Shown here one piece after another: positions 49,541-62,370 of a stretch of DNA of 64,000 nt. The position numbers were made by a program, and so were the translations under genes. The DNA comes from Callorhinchus milii (taxonomy: Eukaryota): positions 8,682,001 to 8,746,000 of the forward strand of contig NW_024704742.1 in NCBI RefSeq assembly GCF_018977255.1, written 5' to 3'. The notes below the pieces were generated by a model that ran no database searches, was not told the origin of the DNA, and saw nothing but the letters and a program-made list of their open reading frames with translations. Position 1 is the stretch's first letter, and every line of letters begins with the position of its first letter.

Positions 49541-52500
49541 CGGGGGGGGGGGGTGGAAAAATTGTTACACAATATAAGCATGGCATACTAGCTCATTTAT
49601 CAGTTTAATCCCACTGTTTTTTTTGCTGGTGATGTGAAAGAGTTCTTGTTTTATTAATTCTCTCCCTTCATGAAGGCACTGACCTTTTGGACCATTGTGT
49701 TCCATGGGCAACAACAACAACAACTTGCACCCCTCATGCAGGGTAGCACATCCAAATGTAATTTTGTTGTAATTCAATATTCTCTTTAATAACGAACACA
49801 GTTTCCTGCCAGTATCACTGGATAGTCATCAGTTGAGGGGACTCCTCCTCTATCCCCCAAACCACCCCCACACCTCAGGGCAACATTCCAAAATACCCTA
49901 TGAGGTAACTCTCAGCTCATATAACAACAAGCACATCAGCCCATTGATGTGCACATTTACACCAGATATATTCTCAGGCAGTAAGCAACCATGCAGCAGT
50001 TAATACAACACTGATGAGTTTGGTTTACTAAGCACTCAGTAATAATTTCATCCATTTCCACTGCAGGATCACGATATAACAGTGGAATTAAAATATCAGC
50101 TAAGATCAGGTTTATCAAACTGACCACTGAGAGCATTAATCATACAATCCTCAAACCCTTCAGTTTTTATCAAACTCAAGGGTTCAAAACTGCAGTATGT
50201 GATACAGACATCACCGACAGGTGGTTAGAACATCAGTGGGTAGAAACAGCAATAGATTTGAGTGTCATTTGTATACATGTGGGAATCATGGGGAGCGTGT
50301 AGAGGATTGTAAAGGAGGGGACTGAGGATAGAGCCCTGAGATACATCACAGGTGACTGTTCGAATGTGAGAGTCCAGTGAAAAAACAAAGTAGAGGTGAT
50401 GGGACCAAGTAGGATTGGAATGTGATGGGGAATGTCCCATGGTGGTGGATGAGAAGAGGAGAACAGAGTGATTCCAGTGTTGATTAAGGAGACAGAGGCT
50501 GCTCTTGCTACATAATGCGAGTATGTTATTTTTAACTTGAACAAAGGTTGGATTCTTGCTATAATCCTTGCATTTGATATAGCGCTTGTCACGTCTTCTT
50601 GACGTCTCAAAGCGCTTCACAGAATATACTGTAAAGTGAATTGACTGTATATTTGTGGGCAAAAATGGACAGAACAACAACAACAAAATTATACTTATAG
50701 AGCATCTTTCACATCGGGAAGACGTCCCAAAGCGCTGAACAGTCAGGTGTCGGGGCCCGAGCATGGGGGAGGGGTGGGGTGAGGGAAGGCAGAGGGGTGG
50801 GAGAGAGACCAAAGGCACGGTTGAAGAGAAGGGTTTTGAGACCGGCCTTGAAGGAGGCAAGGGAGGAAGCGAGGCGAAGGGACCATTGGATGGAGTTCCA
50901 GAGTGTGGGGGCAGAGAGGCTGAATGCCCGGACACCGATGGTAGGACGGGTCGGGCGGGAGACATGGAGCAGACCGGAGCCCGCTGAACGGAACAAGAAA
51001 CAAACTGGAGGGGCTCAATATGGAGTGAAATCCAGGGCAAGGTTAAGCAGCGATAATAATATTGATCCAGTGCCCCTCATTTCAGGACTTTGCACAGGAA
51101 TGGTAGGATGGAGGTGAGACAGATGCTGGAGAGTGTTGAAGGGAAGAGATTTTTTTTGAGAGGGACTGATAACGGTAGTTCAGGGAAGGTTGACTGTGTC
51201 CACAAGTAAGGCAGCGTAATTGGATAGTCAGCAGCTGGATGCAAAAGGAGGGGAGGTCATGGGAGTAGGTGGTGGGTTTCATATGGGAGATTAATGTGGA
51301 CAGCGATTAACAGAAAATGAGGTGGAAGTCCCAGTCAATATTTATCACTGACCTCGGTGAAGGGTGATTCATTGACTGCTGTTGACCACAGTTTTGGTCA
51401 ATGTGATAATTATCACTGGTGATATCACTTGCTGCAGTTTTGACACCTAATTGTTGACAAAACAACAATTATGTATCCGAATTTAAAACATTAGGATTTT
51501 TTTCTTAAAAAAGTCAATTTAAAGAAATGGATAGGAGAAAGTATAAGTGCAATGAATACCTGATGGCTGAAATCACTGTCCAGTGTACAACAACTACAAT
51601 AACTTGCAGTTATATAGCATCCTTCAGGCGGGGTAGGGTCCCAGAGCACTTCACAGTGGTGGAGTCTGACAACGAGCCAGGGGGAGAGGGAGGGGGTAGG
51701 TAACCTCAATGTAAAGCTGAAATGTCAGAGCCACCAGTAACACCCTGATACAATCCAATTTGTGCTGATTTAGTTGATCTCATCCAGTTGTGATGCTACA
51801 TTTGTGATCAGCATTCCTGGCCTATTGAGAGGACGAAAAATATACCGGCCATAGAAACTCAAACTGACATCCTTTCGTGGAGTGATGGGGTGTCTCCCTG
51901 GAGCTGAGCTGGGACATGAAAGGCACTTTATAAATGTAAATTTATAATGTAAAGGTGACATGCTTGGCAACGGACAGTGAGAATCAAGTCAGAAGTCTGC
52001 CAGACACAGCTCTCAATAATAACTTATTTGTTGTTTTAGCTGGTTAAATTCCAGCAATACCCCAATACACACTCTGTGATCCTCAAACTTTGGCTCTCAC
52101 CAACCTGCGGTTAATAATATAATACTAATTTTGCATTTGATATTGCACCTTATCACATCTTCTAGAAGTCTCAAAGCGCTTCACAGAATATGCTGTAAAG
52201 TGAATTGACTGTATATTTTGTGAGCCTCAAACAGTCGTGGAATGAGTGACCAACTTTTTTTTGATGGAATTATTACCCCCAGAAAAACAATCCGCCAATC
52301 GACTAATGACCAGATTCTTACTTATTGCTTGGTAGACAGAGGCGTGTGGAGTAAGGAAACTTGCTCAACATTTCACCCTGCCGAGAATCAAACCCAGGTC
52401 TCTTGCTTGCCAGGCGAGTGCTCTAACCACTGAGCTACAGGACTCCAAAATATGCTCCAGAATTAGGTAAATAGGGTACATCCCTCTGCGAAGCGAATAT

Positions 52501-52982
52501 CCATTCCATTCCACAAACAGGGAAATTTCCATATGTGAGTGGCATACATATTTGTATGCCTCTCACATATTTGTATGCCTGATTTGGAAAAAAAACAATA
52601 AATTGGTCATTTTCAATCTTCGACTGTTTGTGGGACACTGCTGTGCACAATTGGCTGCCGAGTTCGCCCACAAATATACAGTCAATTCACTTTACAGTAT
52701 ATTCTGTGAAGCGCTTTGGGTTGGCGAGAAGACGTGAAAAGCGCTATATCAATGCAAGGATTATTATTATTTTTAAGCATGATGCTAGTTTCTACTTGTG
52801 TCAGACACCCAGCTAACCAAAAAAAACAGAATCAATAGCACTCTGGGATGTTCTTCTGATGTGAAAGGCACAATATAAGGATATATTGTACTGTAATATA
52901 ATTGCAAGTGTATCCCACAAACCACAGCAAGTGATTCTGGAATTTAGCTCATAAATGATATAAATACTACCAAAGTGTTTAC

Positions 52983-53158
52983 CTGCTTATTGGCCAAAAC
53001 AACAACAGGAAGTGTAGCGTCTGCTTGGATCAGTTGGTGAAGCTCCTGTTTAGCGAGAGGCATGCGTTCGTGGTCGGCTGAATCCACAACATAAATCAAT
53101 GCCTGTGAATCTGACAGATAGCTGTGCCAACTCTTGCGCAAAGGCTCACCACCACCAA
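52983..53158 (-). CDS. ARL9: ARL9 exon 3
   Basis: ttgaag|(I)GGGEPLRKSWHSYL...LIYVVDSADHER...VVVLANKQ|gtaaac; phase 1 to 0; G4 motif NKQD spans the junction. Confidence 0.95.
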
Positions 53159-54994
53159 CTTCAAGACAAAAACAGAGACATCAAGTGTGGTATGTGCAAA
53201 ACAAACTCCCAATTCCAAACTCTAGCTACTCATCTGTGTAAGCAACGTCCTGTAAATCACAATGAGATCCCAAACAAGAGGACATAAATATTAAATAGTA
53301 GATCTAATATGGAGTTTAGGAGGAACTCTTTCACCCAGAGGGTGGTGAGAATGTGGAACTCACTGCTGGAAGCTATGGGTGGAGCAATGTATTTAAGAGG
53401 AAACTTGAAGAATACATGAGAGAATAGAAAATAGGGGGGGGGGTTACAAGAGATAGGGGCTCATGTGGTGTATAAAGGACAGCAAAGACTGGATAGGCCA
53501 AATGGCATGTTTCGCAGTATCATTCTATGTCATTTTGTATTCTATATTACAGTTCTATAGCTCCCAATTAATTTGAATTTTTAATTAGTTTTGGATGAGG
53601 AAGAAATATAAACCAGGATAACCTCTATTTTGAGCACTGATCCAAAGTGCATCAGTCAATAAAGGGAAAATGATCTGGAAATAATTAATTATCATCAAAT
53701 GTATTTAACAAAGAAAATCTTAAATGTGTTTAATGTATGAATTTTGTCATGTGAGCAAAGGCAACCATCAATCTGTGAACAGTGAAGTCCCACAGACAGC
53801 AAGAGAAGCAATCAGATTAATAGGATACCATTACAGATATTGCATTAAATTGCTAATGATAAAAAATCGTTGCATTTGGTATACCTCCTGTAACATCTCC
53901 AAGCGCTTCACAACATTTCTATAAAGTGTGGCGACGGTATTCACAGGCCACCCAATATTCTACCAACTTTGAAATAAAGCTGCACACAGCATTGTATCAC
54001 AAAGAACTATATGAAGAAATGATCAATTGTATTTGGGGGATTGTTGGCCAGGACTCCAGGAGAAATTCACTTCTCTTTCCAAATAGTTCCATGACATCTT
54101 TAACATCAACCTGGACAGGAAGACAGGACCTCGGTTTAATATCTGATCTGAAGGTTAGCTCCTCTAGCAATTCAGCGCTCCCTCAATCCTGTCTTGGGAG
54201 TGTCAGCCTAGACAATTAGTCCTGACCTGCTGCTTGAACTCACAATCCTCCTAACCAGAAGTGCGAGTGCTATCAACTGAGCCAGGCTGACATCTTATAT
54301 AATTGTCTAATCAATTATACATCATGTTGTTTAAAATATGGTAAACCCACACTTCATTTTGCACATAGGTTTGTTTACTTGTCAGCCTGGCTCAGCTGGT
54401 AGCACTCTCACCTCTGCGTCTGGAGGTTGTCAGGACATTGAACCCCTTGTCTTGGCTGCCACTCCAACACAGTGTTTGGGTAGCGCTGCATTATCAGAGG
54501 TGCCGTCCTTCAGATGAAATGCGAAACTGCCTGTCCGGGTGGATGTTAAAGATCCCATGGCATAACACAAAAGAAAAGGAAGTTTCTCCCATTGTCCTGG
54601 CCAACAATCCCCGAGATAAAATTATTCATTAATTTCACGACTGTTTTTGAGACATTGCTGTGTGTAAATTAGATATTGTGCTTGCCTACAAACATACAGT
54701 CACTGCACTTCAAAGTAAAAGCGTGTAAAGGATTTTGAGGCATCTCAACAATGCGATAAGCGGTCATATCAAATGCAAGGATTATTATTATTGTTATAAT
54801 AGCCCCTAGCAAAAGTCAAATGCACATCACAAATAAGAGTGGTATTGACTCAATAAGTTATATTCATTGAATACTACTCCACTCACAAGAGGACCCTGGT
54901 AACTGACTGGTTACCTCTTTATGTGCCACACTATCTTCTTCAGTTAATCCTCATGTTACTGAGTATTTATAAAGGCAGTAACTTGCTGACTTAC

Positions 54995-55181
54995 TCTCTA
55001 GGAATTCTATTTCAGCTTCTTCAATCTTAACACAGACACTGTTAAACTTTTTAGTGGGTCCATCACTCCTTTTGGCTGTGTTATTGGATAAACTGTGCAA
55101 TACGCTGGTCTTCCCTGAGCCATCCAGCCCCAGAACCAGAATCTGTTTAACATTGTCCTTGGGATCGGGATCCGGATCCTC
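54995..55181 (-). CDS. ARL9: ARL9 exon 2
   Basis: cttaaaag|EDPDPDPKDNVKQILVLGLDGSGKTSVLHSL...PTKKFNSVCV...IEFLE|gtaagt; P-loop GLDGSGKT; phase 0 to 1. Confidence 0.95.
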
Positions 55182-57627
55182 CTTTTAAGAGAAAGGAAAA
55201 TGTAAATCATTTGAGATCAACAAAAAAAACTAATTTGATACTTTGTAAAATATTTCGAGAATCATAGCAGAATTAAGAATCTGTTTTACAACCACAACAA
55301 CTAATTACATTTACACAGCGCCTTTCACGTGGGGAGGATGTCCAGGACTCCAGCAGATTGACTTCAAGATCCTTATCCTGACCTTCACGGACTCACACCT
55401 CTCTGGCTCCCTATCCAATCTTTTCCAGTTCTGTTCTCTTGCTCACAGCCTCCAGGCTACTGATTCTGCTCCAGGCTTCTGATGCTACTCATTCCCACTG
55501 ACTCTTTGGATGTCTGAGTATTGGGTCTCACCCAATGTCCACCTTGGGTGGCTAAGCCTTCAGCCACTATGGTCCTGTCTTCTGAAACATTCTCCTAAAA
55601 TCTCTTAGCCTTCTGCCTCCCTATCTTCAAAGTCTTATAAATGTATCTCTTCTGGTCAATAGCCTTAATGTTCTCTTCTTTCTCCCTGCTTGAAGCACCC
55701 TACCTTGTCTGTTAAGCAATTTCATCCTATGAGAAAAGCCTAGGATGAAAGTGAATATAATATAATGGATAAAACAGATATGAACAGGCTGTTGTTGACA
55801 TTTTTGCCTAAAACCTGCGAGCTGCACATTGGCCCCTATTCTCAGTCAGAAAATAAACTACATTCCTCATACTATGGACCAACATAGAACTTGTGGAGAC
55901 AGCATGTGCAATGTTCCTCAGCAGGTAGATCAAATAGAAATCCTAATTCCTAACCAAACTCCGCAGGCAGAAACCTGCACTGCAGTCTGCAATCTGTTCA
56001 GAGGTGAAAACGTTTTTTAAAAAAAGTTGCAGAATCGTGTGCTCATCAAAAACAGGAGCTTTATCAAGAGCTTTAATGAACTGTAGTTGCACACACTTTG
56101 TCAGTCCTTCTCTCTCTTTTATTCCCAGGTCTCCTGACACAATGAAGAGATAGCAAAAGCATGAGGGAGAGAGAGAGAGAGAGAGTGTAAGGGGGGAGGA
56201 CGAGGAGTCCTATGGAGTATACTGTATAGAGGGGAGACGGGGAGTGTAAGCAATGGAAAACAAGAGAAAAAGTGTGAAAAATTCTTTAGAGGCGAGATTT
56301 TAGTTTAAAGTTGCAGAGTACAATGTTTGGCGATAACCAGACATTGTTATATGTTTGCATGTAGTAATAGAATGAGTAAGATAGTTTCAGTCCAGTAGTA
56401 TTCCTTAGGATTCCTCTTTCTCCCCTCTCTCTCTCTCTCTCTCTCTCTGTTTTGCTATCTCTTCCCCTCAGACTCTCCCATTCTGATTTGTTCTCTCACA
56501 AGATCAAGAGAGGTGAGGATGTAAAAGGCCTTCAGCCTATATGATCTCATTGGTTTTACACTTCCATCTTCTTATTGCACATTAAACTTTGTTTTGGTAT
56601 GAGATCATCATCCTAGTCTCAACCACTCTTGGTAACGAGTTCCAGTCATTAATTACCCTCATACAAGACATACAAAGAGATTCCTGGTATTTAATCTAAG
56701 AGCACCCTTCACAACACTCAACAGGTGATTTCTTCTGCTGCATTGGAATATTTGCAAGTATTGTTCTGGGTTTATTTTTCAATTTGATTTAGAAAACCGA
56801 TCTCTTCACAGACCATTCCTCTAATACTGGGGCTCTTGCATGCAGCCCGTTTGGCTTTTGCACTTTGGGAATAATCCCCATTATTACAATAGGACTCAAT
56901 TGATAGAGTAACATAGACCAGCATTCTCTTTGTCTTGTTCCATGAGGCTTCCCCTGTTTGAACATGCTGAGGGATGTGTCACTCAACTTCACGAGGTCTC
57001 TTCCAGCTTTCTACTCGGTAGGTTCATCTGACTCTCTCTTTCTCTCTATAACTGTGTGTTTGTTCATGTCTCTCTCTATTTATGTACTTACTGCATCATT
57101 GCCTATTAATGTACTGACCTAATAGAAAGCTTAAGTTATTAATAATCCTTGCATCTGATATAGCAACTTTTATGTTGGGTGGATGTCTCAAAGCTCTTCA
57201 CAGGATTTATTGTAAAGTTCAGTGACTGTGCATCCGGTAGGCAATTGCGGCAGCCAGTTTGCAATGCAGCAATGTCCCACAAATAGCCATGAAGTGACTG
57301 ACCAATTTTATCTGGGAAATTGTGACCATGACACCAGGACACCTTCTCTTTTCATATAGTACTATGGGATCTGTAACGTCCACCCGAACAAGAGATGGGA
57401 CCTTGTTTTAACAAGTCACCCAAAGGACAACACCTCTTGACAATGAGCGGCTCCTCCAGTACTATATTGGAATGTCAGCTTAGACTACAATGAGTTTCAA
57501 GTCCAGATGTGGGCCTTGAACCCACAACCGTGACTCAAGATGTGAGAGTGCTACTAAATTAGCCCGGCTCATAGTATAAACTTTTTTTCCAAATAAAAAG
57601 ATCAGCTTCTGACAAAACTAATAGTAA

Positions 57628-57902
57628 TATTAATAATCCTTGCATTTTGATATAGCGCTTTTCACGTCTTCTAGATGTCTCAAAACGCTTCAGAGAATAG
57701 ACTGTAAAATGAATTGACTGTATATTTGTGGGCGAAATGCGGCAGATCGAAATGACCAATTAATTATTGTTTTTTTTCTTGAAGGATTATTATCAGTCGT
57801 GTGGAGTAAGGAAACTTGCCCAAGGTTTCACCCTGTGCTGGGAATTGAACCCAGGTCTCTCGCTTGCAAAGCGAGTGCTCTAACCACTGAGCTACAGGAC
57901 TC
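57628..57902 (-). mobile_element. SINE (same family); further copies at ~52120-52446, 52590-52770, 58575-58868 and 62537-62800
   Basis: tRNA-like head and (ATT)n tail. Confidence 0.85.
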
Positions 57903-59560
57903 GCACAGCAGTGAGCAAATCTTTCAACATTTTTGTCTCTGTTCAAAACAAGTTAACTAACCCATAAGGGATGAAACGGGGTGCAATGCATGAAGTTAGG
58001 GGGAAAAATGATAGCAATTATAAATGGACAACTTCACAAGTATAGCATGAGTGGTGTCTCTGATTCCCCTGACGATGCCACAGAGTTCTGGAAGTGAGCA
58101 CAATAATCTCTCTGTAGAGAAAGCTGGTAAATTAGTTTGCCTGGGCACGAAAAAAAATCCACACAACAGCGATTTCCTGATTTTCTTTGGGCTGCAAACA
58201 ACTGTGCGAAACGTGCAGACCCTCAGCCTAACTGAAGATGAACAGTGCCCCCAGGGTATTGTGAGAAATGGTATGTGGGTGTGGTGCTCGTGTCAGGTCT
58301 GGCTGTTTTGTCTTATCCAAATCACAAGATTGCTTCGGGTGAAGGAAGCTTTTTGGCCCATTTGATCCCATCTTCAGTCCATCCTGCTGTTCTCCCAGCG
58401 CAGCATCAGGCAGTTTTTTTAAAATTATTCTCGTATCCTGCCTTCAACTGCCTTTCTTGGCAATTTCGGGACAGGTTAATTAACAGGGTCAATGGTTAAG
58501 TACCTTGTAAATTAATCTGTCCTGAAATTGCCCTTTGCTACCCTAAATCTAGGTCCTCTTGTTCCACTGTCTTATAATAATAATAATAATCCTTGCATTT
58601 GATATCGCGCCTTATCATGTTGAGACGTCTCAAAGCGCTTCGCAGAATACACTGTAAAGTGGATTGACGGTGTATTTTGTGGGCGAAACACGGCAGCCAA
58701 TTGTGTACAGCAGTGTCACACACATTCAATTTTTTTTGAAGGGGTTATTACCCGCTGCAAAAAGCGAGGCGTGTGGAATAAGGAAACTTCCCCAACGTTT
58801 CGCCCTGCCCGGGAATCAAACCCAAGTCTCTCTCTTGTGAGACGAGCGCACTAACTCTGCTACGGGTCTTGGTGCGTCCGAAAGTATTGTTCTGTGTTTA
58901 CTTTCCCAATCCTATTTAAAATCATACACTGCGATAAGAGCCCTCTGAGATGTTTCCTTTCAAGAGCCCTAACTTGTCTCATCGTTCCTCGAGGCTCATT
59001 CCTCTAACACTGGGGATCAGCGTGAGACGGATTCAGAGTTTTAAAGCATTGAACTTTGTTCGCACATTGCTGAAAGCTACACAGAGAAATAACCAGATGG
59101 TCCTTTACACACATGTACAGATAATAGAAGAGACTATGTGAAGTCTATAAAAACTCTTCTTTCTGCAGACTACTACTCTATGTACAATCGGCCCTGTTAC
59201 AGAAACCACCTGTTTACTTAATATCCCCAAAATGTTCCCCTGAACATATTCCTAATGGGATATTTGAGAACACAAAGCAACACAAAGCATACAAGCGGTG
59301 CCGGGAGGAAACACAGGTTAAAGTAGATTCTGACGGCTCCTACAAAGATGATAATTTAGCATTTATGGAAACATGAAATTCTTAGGAAATAGCATTTTTA
59401 AGTGTTTCTTCAACACTCACAGAGAGCTCCTGCACAGCAGTGAGAAGATTTGAATATTTTAAAAAATCACTTGACATATATATATATTTAAAGTTAAACT
59501 GGTGGAAATTTTAAGTTGATTTTCAATGTCAGTGTCATGAGAAACTTGCATTTTCCATAG

Positions 59561-60345
59561 AGTGAGTGGCACTAGCAGGGCAGGGAGTGAGTGGCACTAG
59601 CTGGGCAGGGAGTGAGTGGCACTAGCTGGGCAGGGAGTGAGTGGCACTAGCTGGGCAGGGAGTGAGTGGCACTAGCTGGGCAGGGAGTGAGTGGCACTAG
59701 CAGGGCAGGGAGTGAGTGTCACTAGCTGGGCAGGGAGTGAGTGGCACTAGCTGGGCAGGGAGTGAGTGGCACTAGCTGGGCAGGGAGTGAGTGGCACTAG
59801 CTGGGCAGGGAGTGAGTGGCACTAGCTGGGCAGGGAGTGAGTGGCACTAGCTGGGCAGGGAGTGAGTGGCACTAGCTGGGCAGGGAGTGAGTGGCACTAG
59901 CTGGGCAGGGAGTGAGTGGCACTAGCTGGGCAGGGAGTGAGTGGCACTAGCTGGGCAGGGAGTGAGTGGCACTAGCTGGGCAGGGAGTGAGTGGCACTAG
60001 CTGGGCAGGGAGTGAGTGGCACTAGCTGGGCAGGGAGTGAGTGGCACTAGCTGGGCAGGGAGTGAGTGGCACTAGCTGGGCAGGGAGTGAGTGGCACTAG
60101 CTGGGCAGGGAGTGAGTGGCACTAGCTGGGCAGGGAGTGAGTGGCACTAGCTGGGCAGGGAGTGAGTGGCACTAGCTGGGCAGGGAGTGAGTGGCACTAG
60201 CTGGGCAGGGAGTGAGTGGCACTTAGCTGGGGCAGGGAGTGAGTGGCAACTAGCAGGGCAGGGAGTGAGTGGCACTAGCTGGGCAGGGAGTGAGTGGCAC
60301 TAGCTGGGCAGGGAGTGAGTGGCACTAGCAGGGCAGGGAGTGAGT
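59561..60345. repeat. 25-bp minisatellite (CAGGGAGTGAGTGGCACTAGCTGGG) x~31
   Basis: Mostly perfect copies, directly visible. Confidence 0.97.
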
Positions 60346-60910
60346 GGCAGTGGCTGTGAGTGGCAGTGAGTGGCAGTGGCTGTGAGTGGCAGTGGCAGTG
60401 AGTGGCAGTGAGGGGCAGTGACAGGGAGTGAGGGGCAGTGAGGGGCAGTGAGTGGCAGTGACTGTGAGTGGCAGTGGCAGTGAGGGGCAGTGAGGGGCAG
60501 TGAGTGGCAGGGAGTGAGGGGCAGTGAGGGCAGTGACAGGGAGTGAGGGGCAGTGAGTGGCAGTGAGGGGCAGTGAGGGCAGTGACAGGGAGTGAGTGGC
60601 AGTGAGGGCAGTGAGGGGCAGTGAGTGGCAGTGGCTGTGAGTGGCAGTGGCAGTGAGGGGCAGTGAGTGGCAGTGAGGGCAGTGAGGGGCAGTGAGTGGC
60701 AGTGGCTGTGAGTGGCAGTGGCAGTGAGTGGCAGTGAGGGGCAGTGACAGGGAGTGAGGGGCAGTGAGGGGCAGTGAGTGGCAGTGGCTGTGAGTGGCAG
60801 TGGCAGTGAGGGGCAGTGAGTGGCAGTGAGTGGCAGGGAGTGAGGGGCAGTGAGTGGCAGTGAGGGGCAGTGAGTGGCAGTGAGGGGCAGTGAGTGGCAG
60901 TGAGGGCAGT
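60346..60910. repeat. Scrambled satellite of short GTGAGTGGCA / GTGAGGGGCA / GTGGCT units
   Basis: Directly visible; abuts the ARL9 exon 1 donor. Confidence 0.93.
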
Positions 60911-60912
60911 AC

Positions 60913-61056
60913 CTGCTGCCCGATGGCCCGCGGCTCCTCCACACACTCTCCGCCTCTGCACAGTGCGGTCCACGCGGTGTAGATCAGACCCCCGACCACC
61001 GCCGCCGACACCCCGAGCAGCGCGGCCCGAGTCACGGCCCGAGACACGGCCTCCAT
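60913..61056 (-). CDS. ARL9: ARL9 exon 1 (N-terminal hydrophobic segment)
   Basis: gggATGG start; MEAVSRAVTRAALLGVSAAVVGGLIYTAWTALCRGGECVEEPRAIGQQ|gtactg; phase 0 matches exon 2; lies in a CpG-rich region. Confidence 0.8.
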
Positions 61057-61850
61057 CCCCGGCCCCGCGGGCCCCGCCCGCCCCGCCCGGCCCCGCCCGC
61101 TACTGCCGCTCAGCGCCGCCCATGTGCCCCCACACCCCCACACACCCCACACCACACCCCCACACACCTACACCCCCCACTACCCCCCACACACCCCCCA
61201 ACACCACACCCCACACCCCCCCGCACTACCCCCCCACTACCCCCCACAACACACACACACACACACACCCAATACCCCCCACACCCCCACCCCCGAGCAC
61301 CGCTCTCACTCTCTCTCTGTGTCTGTGACTCACTCACAGCCTCAGTTCAGTCACTGTGAGAGCAGCGCTATTGTGATGAGCAAAGCCGTCACACAGAGCC
61401 CCTCCTCCCTCCCCCCTCACTCACTCCCGTACGGACTCCCCCTCACTCCTCCTCACTCACTCACTCCCGCACTCCCCCCCCCCCTCCCTCACTCCCTCTC
61501 CTCTCCTCTCCTCTCCCTCTCCTCTCCACTCCCTCCCTCCCTCACTCACTCCGTCTCCCGCTCGCTCCGTCCCTCCCTCCCTCCGTTACTCCCCCTCTCC
61601 CTCCCTCAATGCGCCAAGCCTCGGCTCTGGCCAAACTGCGTCTAATATTTTCTGGAATTGGATAATCGGGACGTGTTATAATCGGGACCGTCGATAACCG
61701 GGAGAGAGCGCGGTTCCCCTCCGGCAATCTATCCCTGGGAGTTCCGTGTGTGGGTGGGACGCACGGAAATCTCAGCTCGGTTTGGATACTCTGAAGCCCG
61801 GTGAGGGGTTCCTGCGTGTGTCAGATGCCCGGTTGACCAAAACAAGTTGT
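60915..61850. promoter_or_regulatory. CpG-island-like ARL9 promoter/first-exon region with GC boxes
   Basis: Dense CpG at 60920-61120 and 61550-61850; CCCCGCCC motifs at ~61070-61100. Confidence 0.65.
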
Positions 61851-61919
61851 ATGCGTGACCCTCTGCCTTGATGTCGCTCGCCTTCACTGGTGAGAGGGTG
61901 AATCGGAAATCCTGACTCA

Positions 61920-62370
61920 TAGAGTAAACTCTGTCCCGGCATCACACCAGTCCTCGCCAGGACCCACTGGCTCCGGATCACTGAATGGATGGATTTCAAG
62001 ACCCTCTCGCTCCTCCACAAACCTCTTCATGCCTTGGCACCTCCCTACCTCTCCGACCTGCTTACACCCCAACCCACTACCCGCTGCCTCCACTTGGCTG
62101 ACCGGCCTCCTGCTCGTCCCTCACTCCCTCACTTCCCTTTCATCGGCGGCTGTGCTTTCAGTCACTACCTCTCGAAGCTTATGAACTCTCTCGCCCAATG
62201 CATCCACCTCGCCCCCTCCTTCCCCCTTTTTAGATCATGACTGAAGACCTCCCCTTTTGACCATGTTACCGTCACTTCCCGCTGGCTCAGCACTAGGCTC
62301 CGGCACTATTACGTGCTCTGAGAAGCTACCCAACATGTAGGGCGGTGTGTAAATGCAAGTTGTTGTTTTT
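61920..62370 (+). mobile_element. L2 LINE 3' end
   Basis: MDFKTLSLLHKPLHALAPPYLSDLL..., ending aaatgcaagttgttg. Confidence 0.8.

Noticed and set aside
55162..55180. GGATCCGGATCC palindrome
   Set aside because: Explained by DPDPDP codons in ARL9 exon 2.
55627..55730. Possible extra ARL9 exon (ctcatag|GATGAA)
   Set aside because: The phase 0 reading hits TAA after four codons; exon 1 and exon 2 already join in frame.
59561..60345. CRISPR-like array
   Set aside because: Head-to-tail repeats with no unique spacers and no cas genes, inside a eukaryotic intron.
60275..60973. Long ORFs (214-280 aa) of HCHSLPLTA repeats
   Set aside because: Stop-free satellite translation; only 61056-60913 has exon support.
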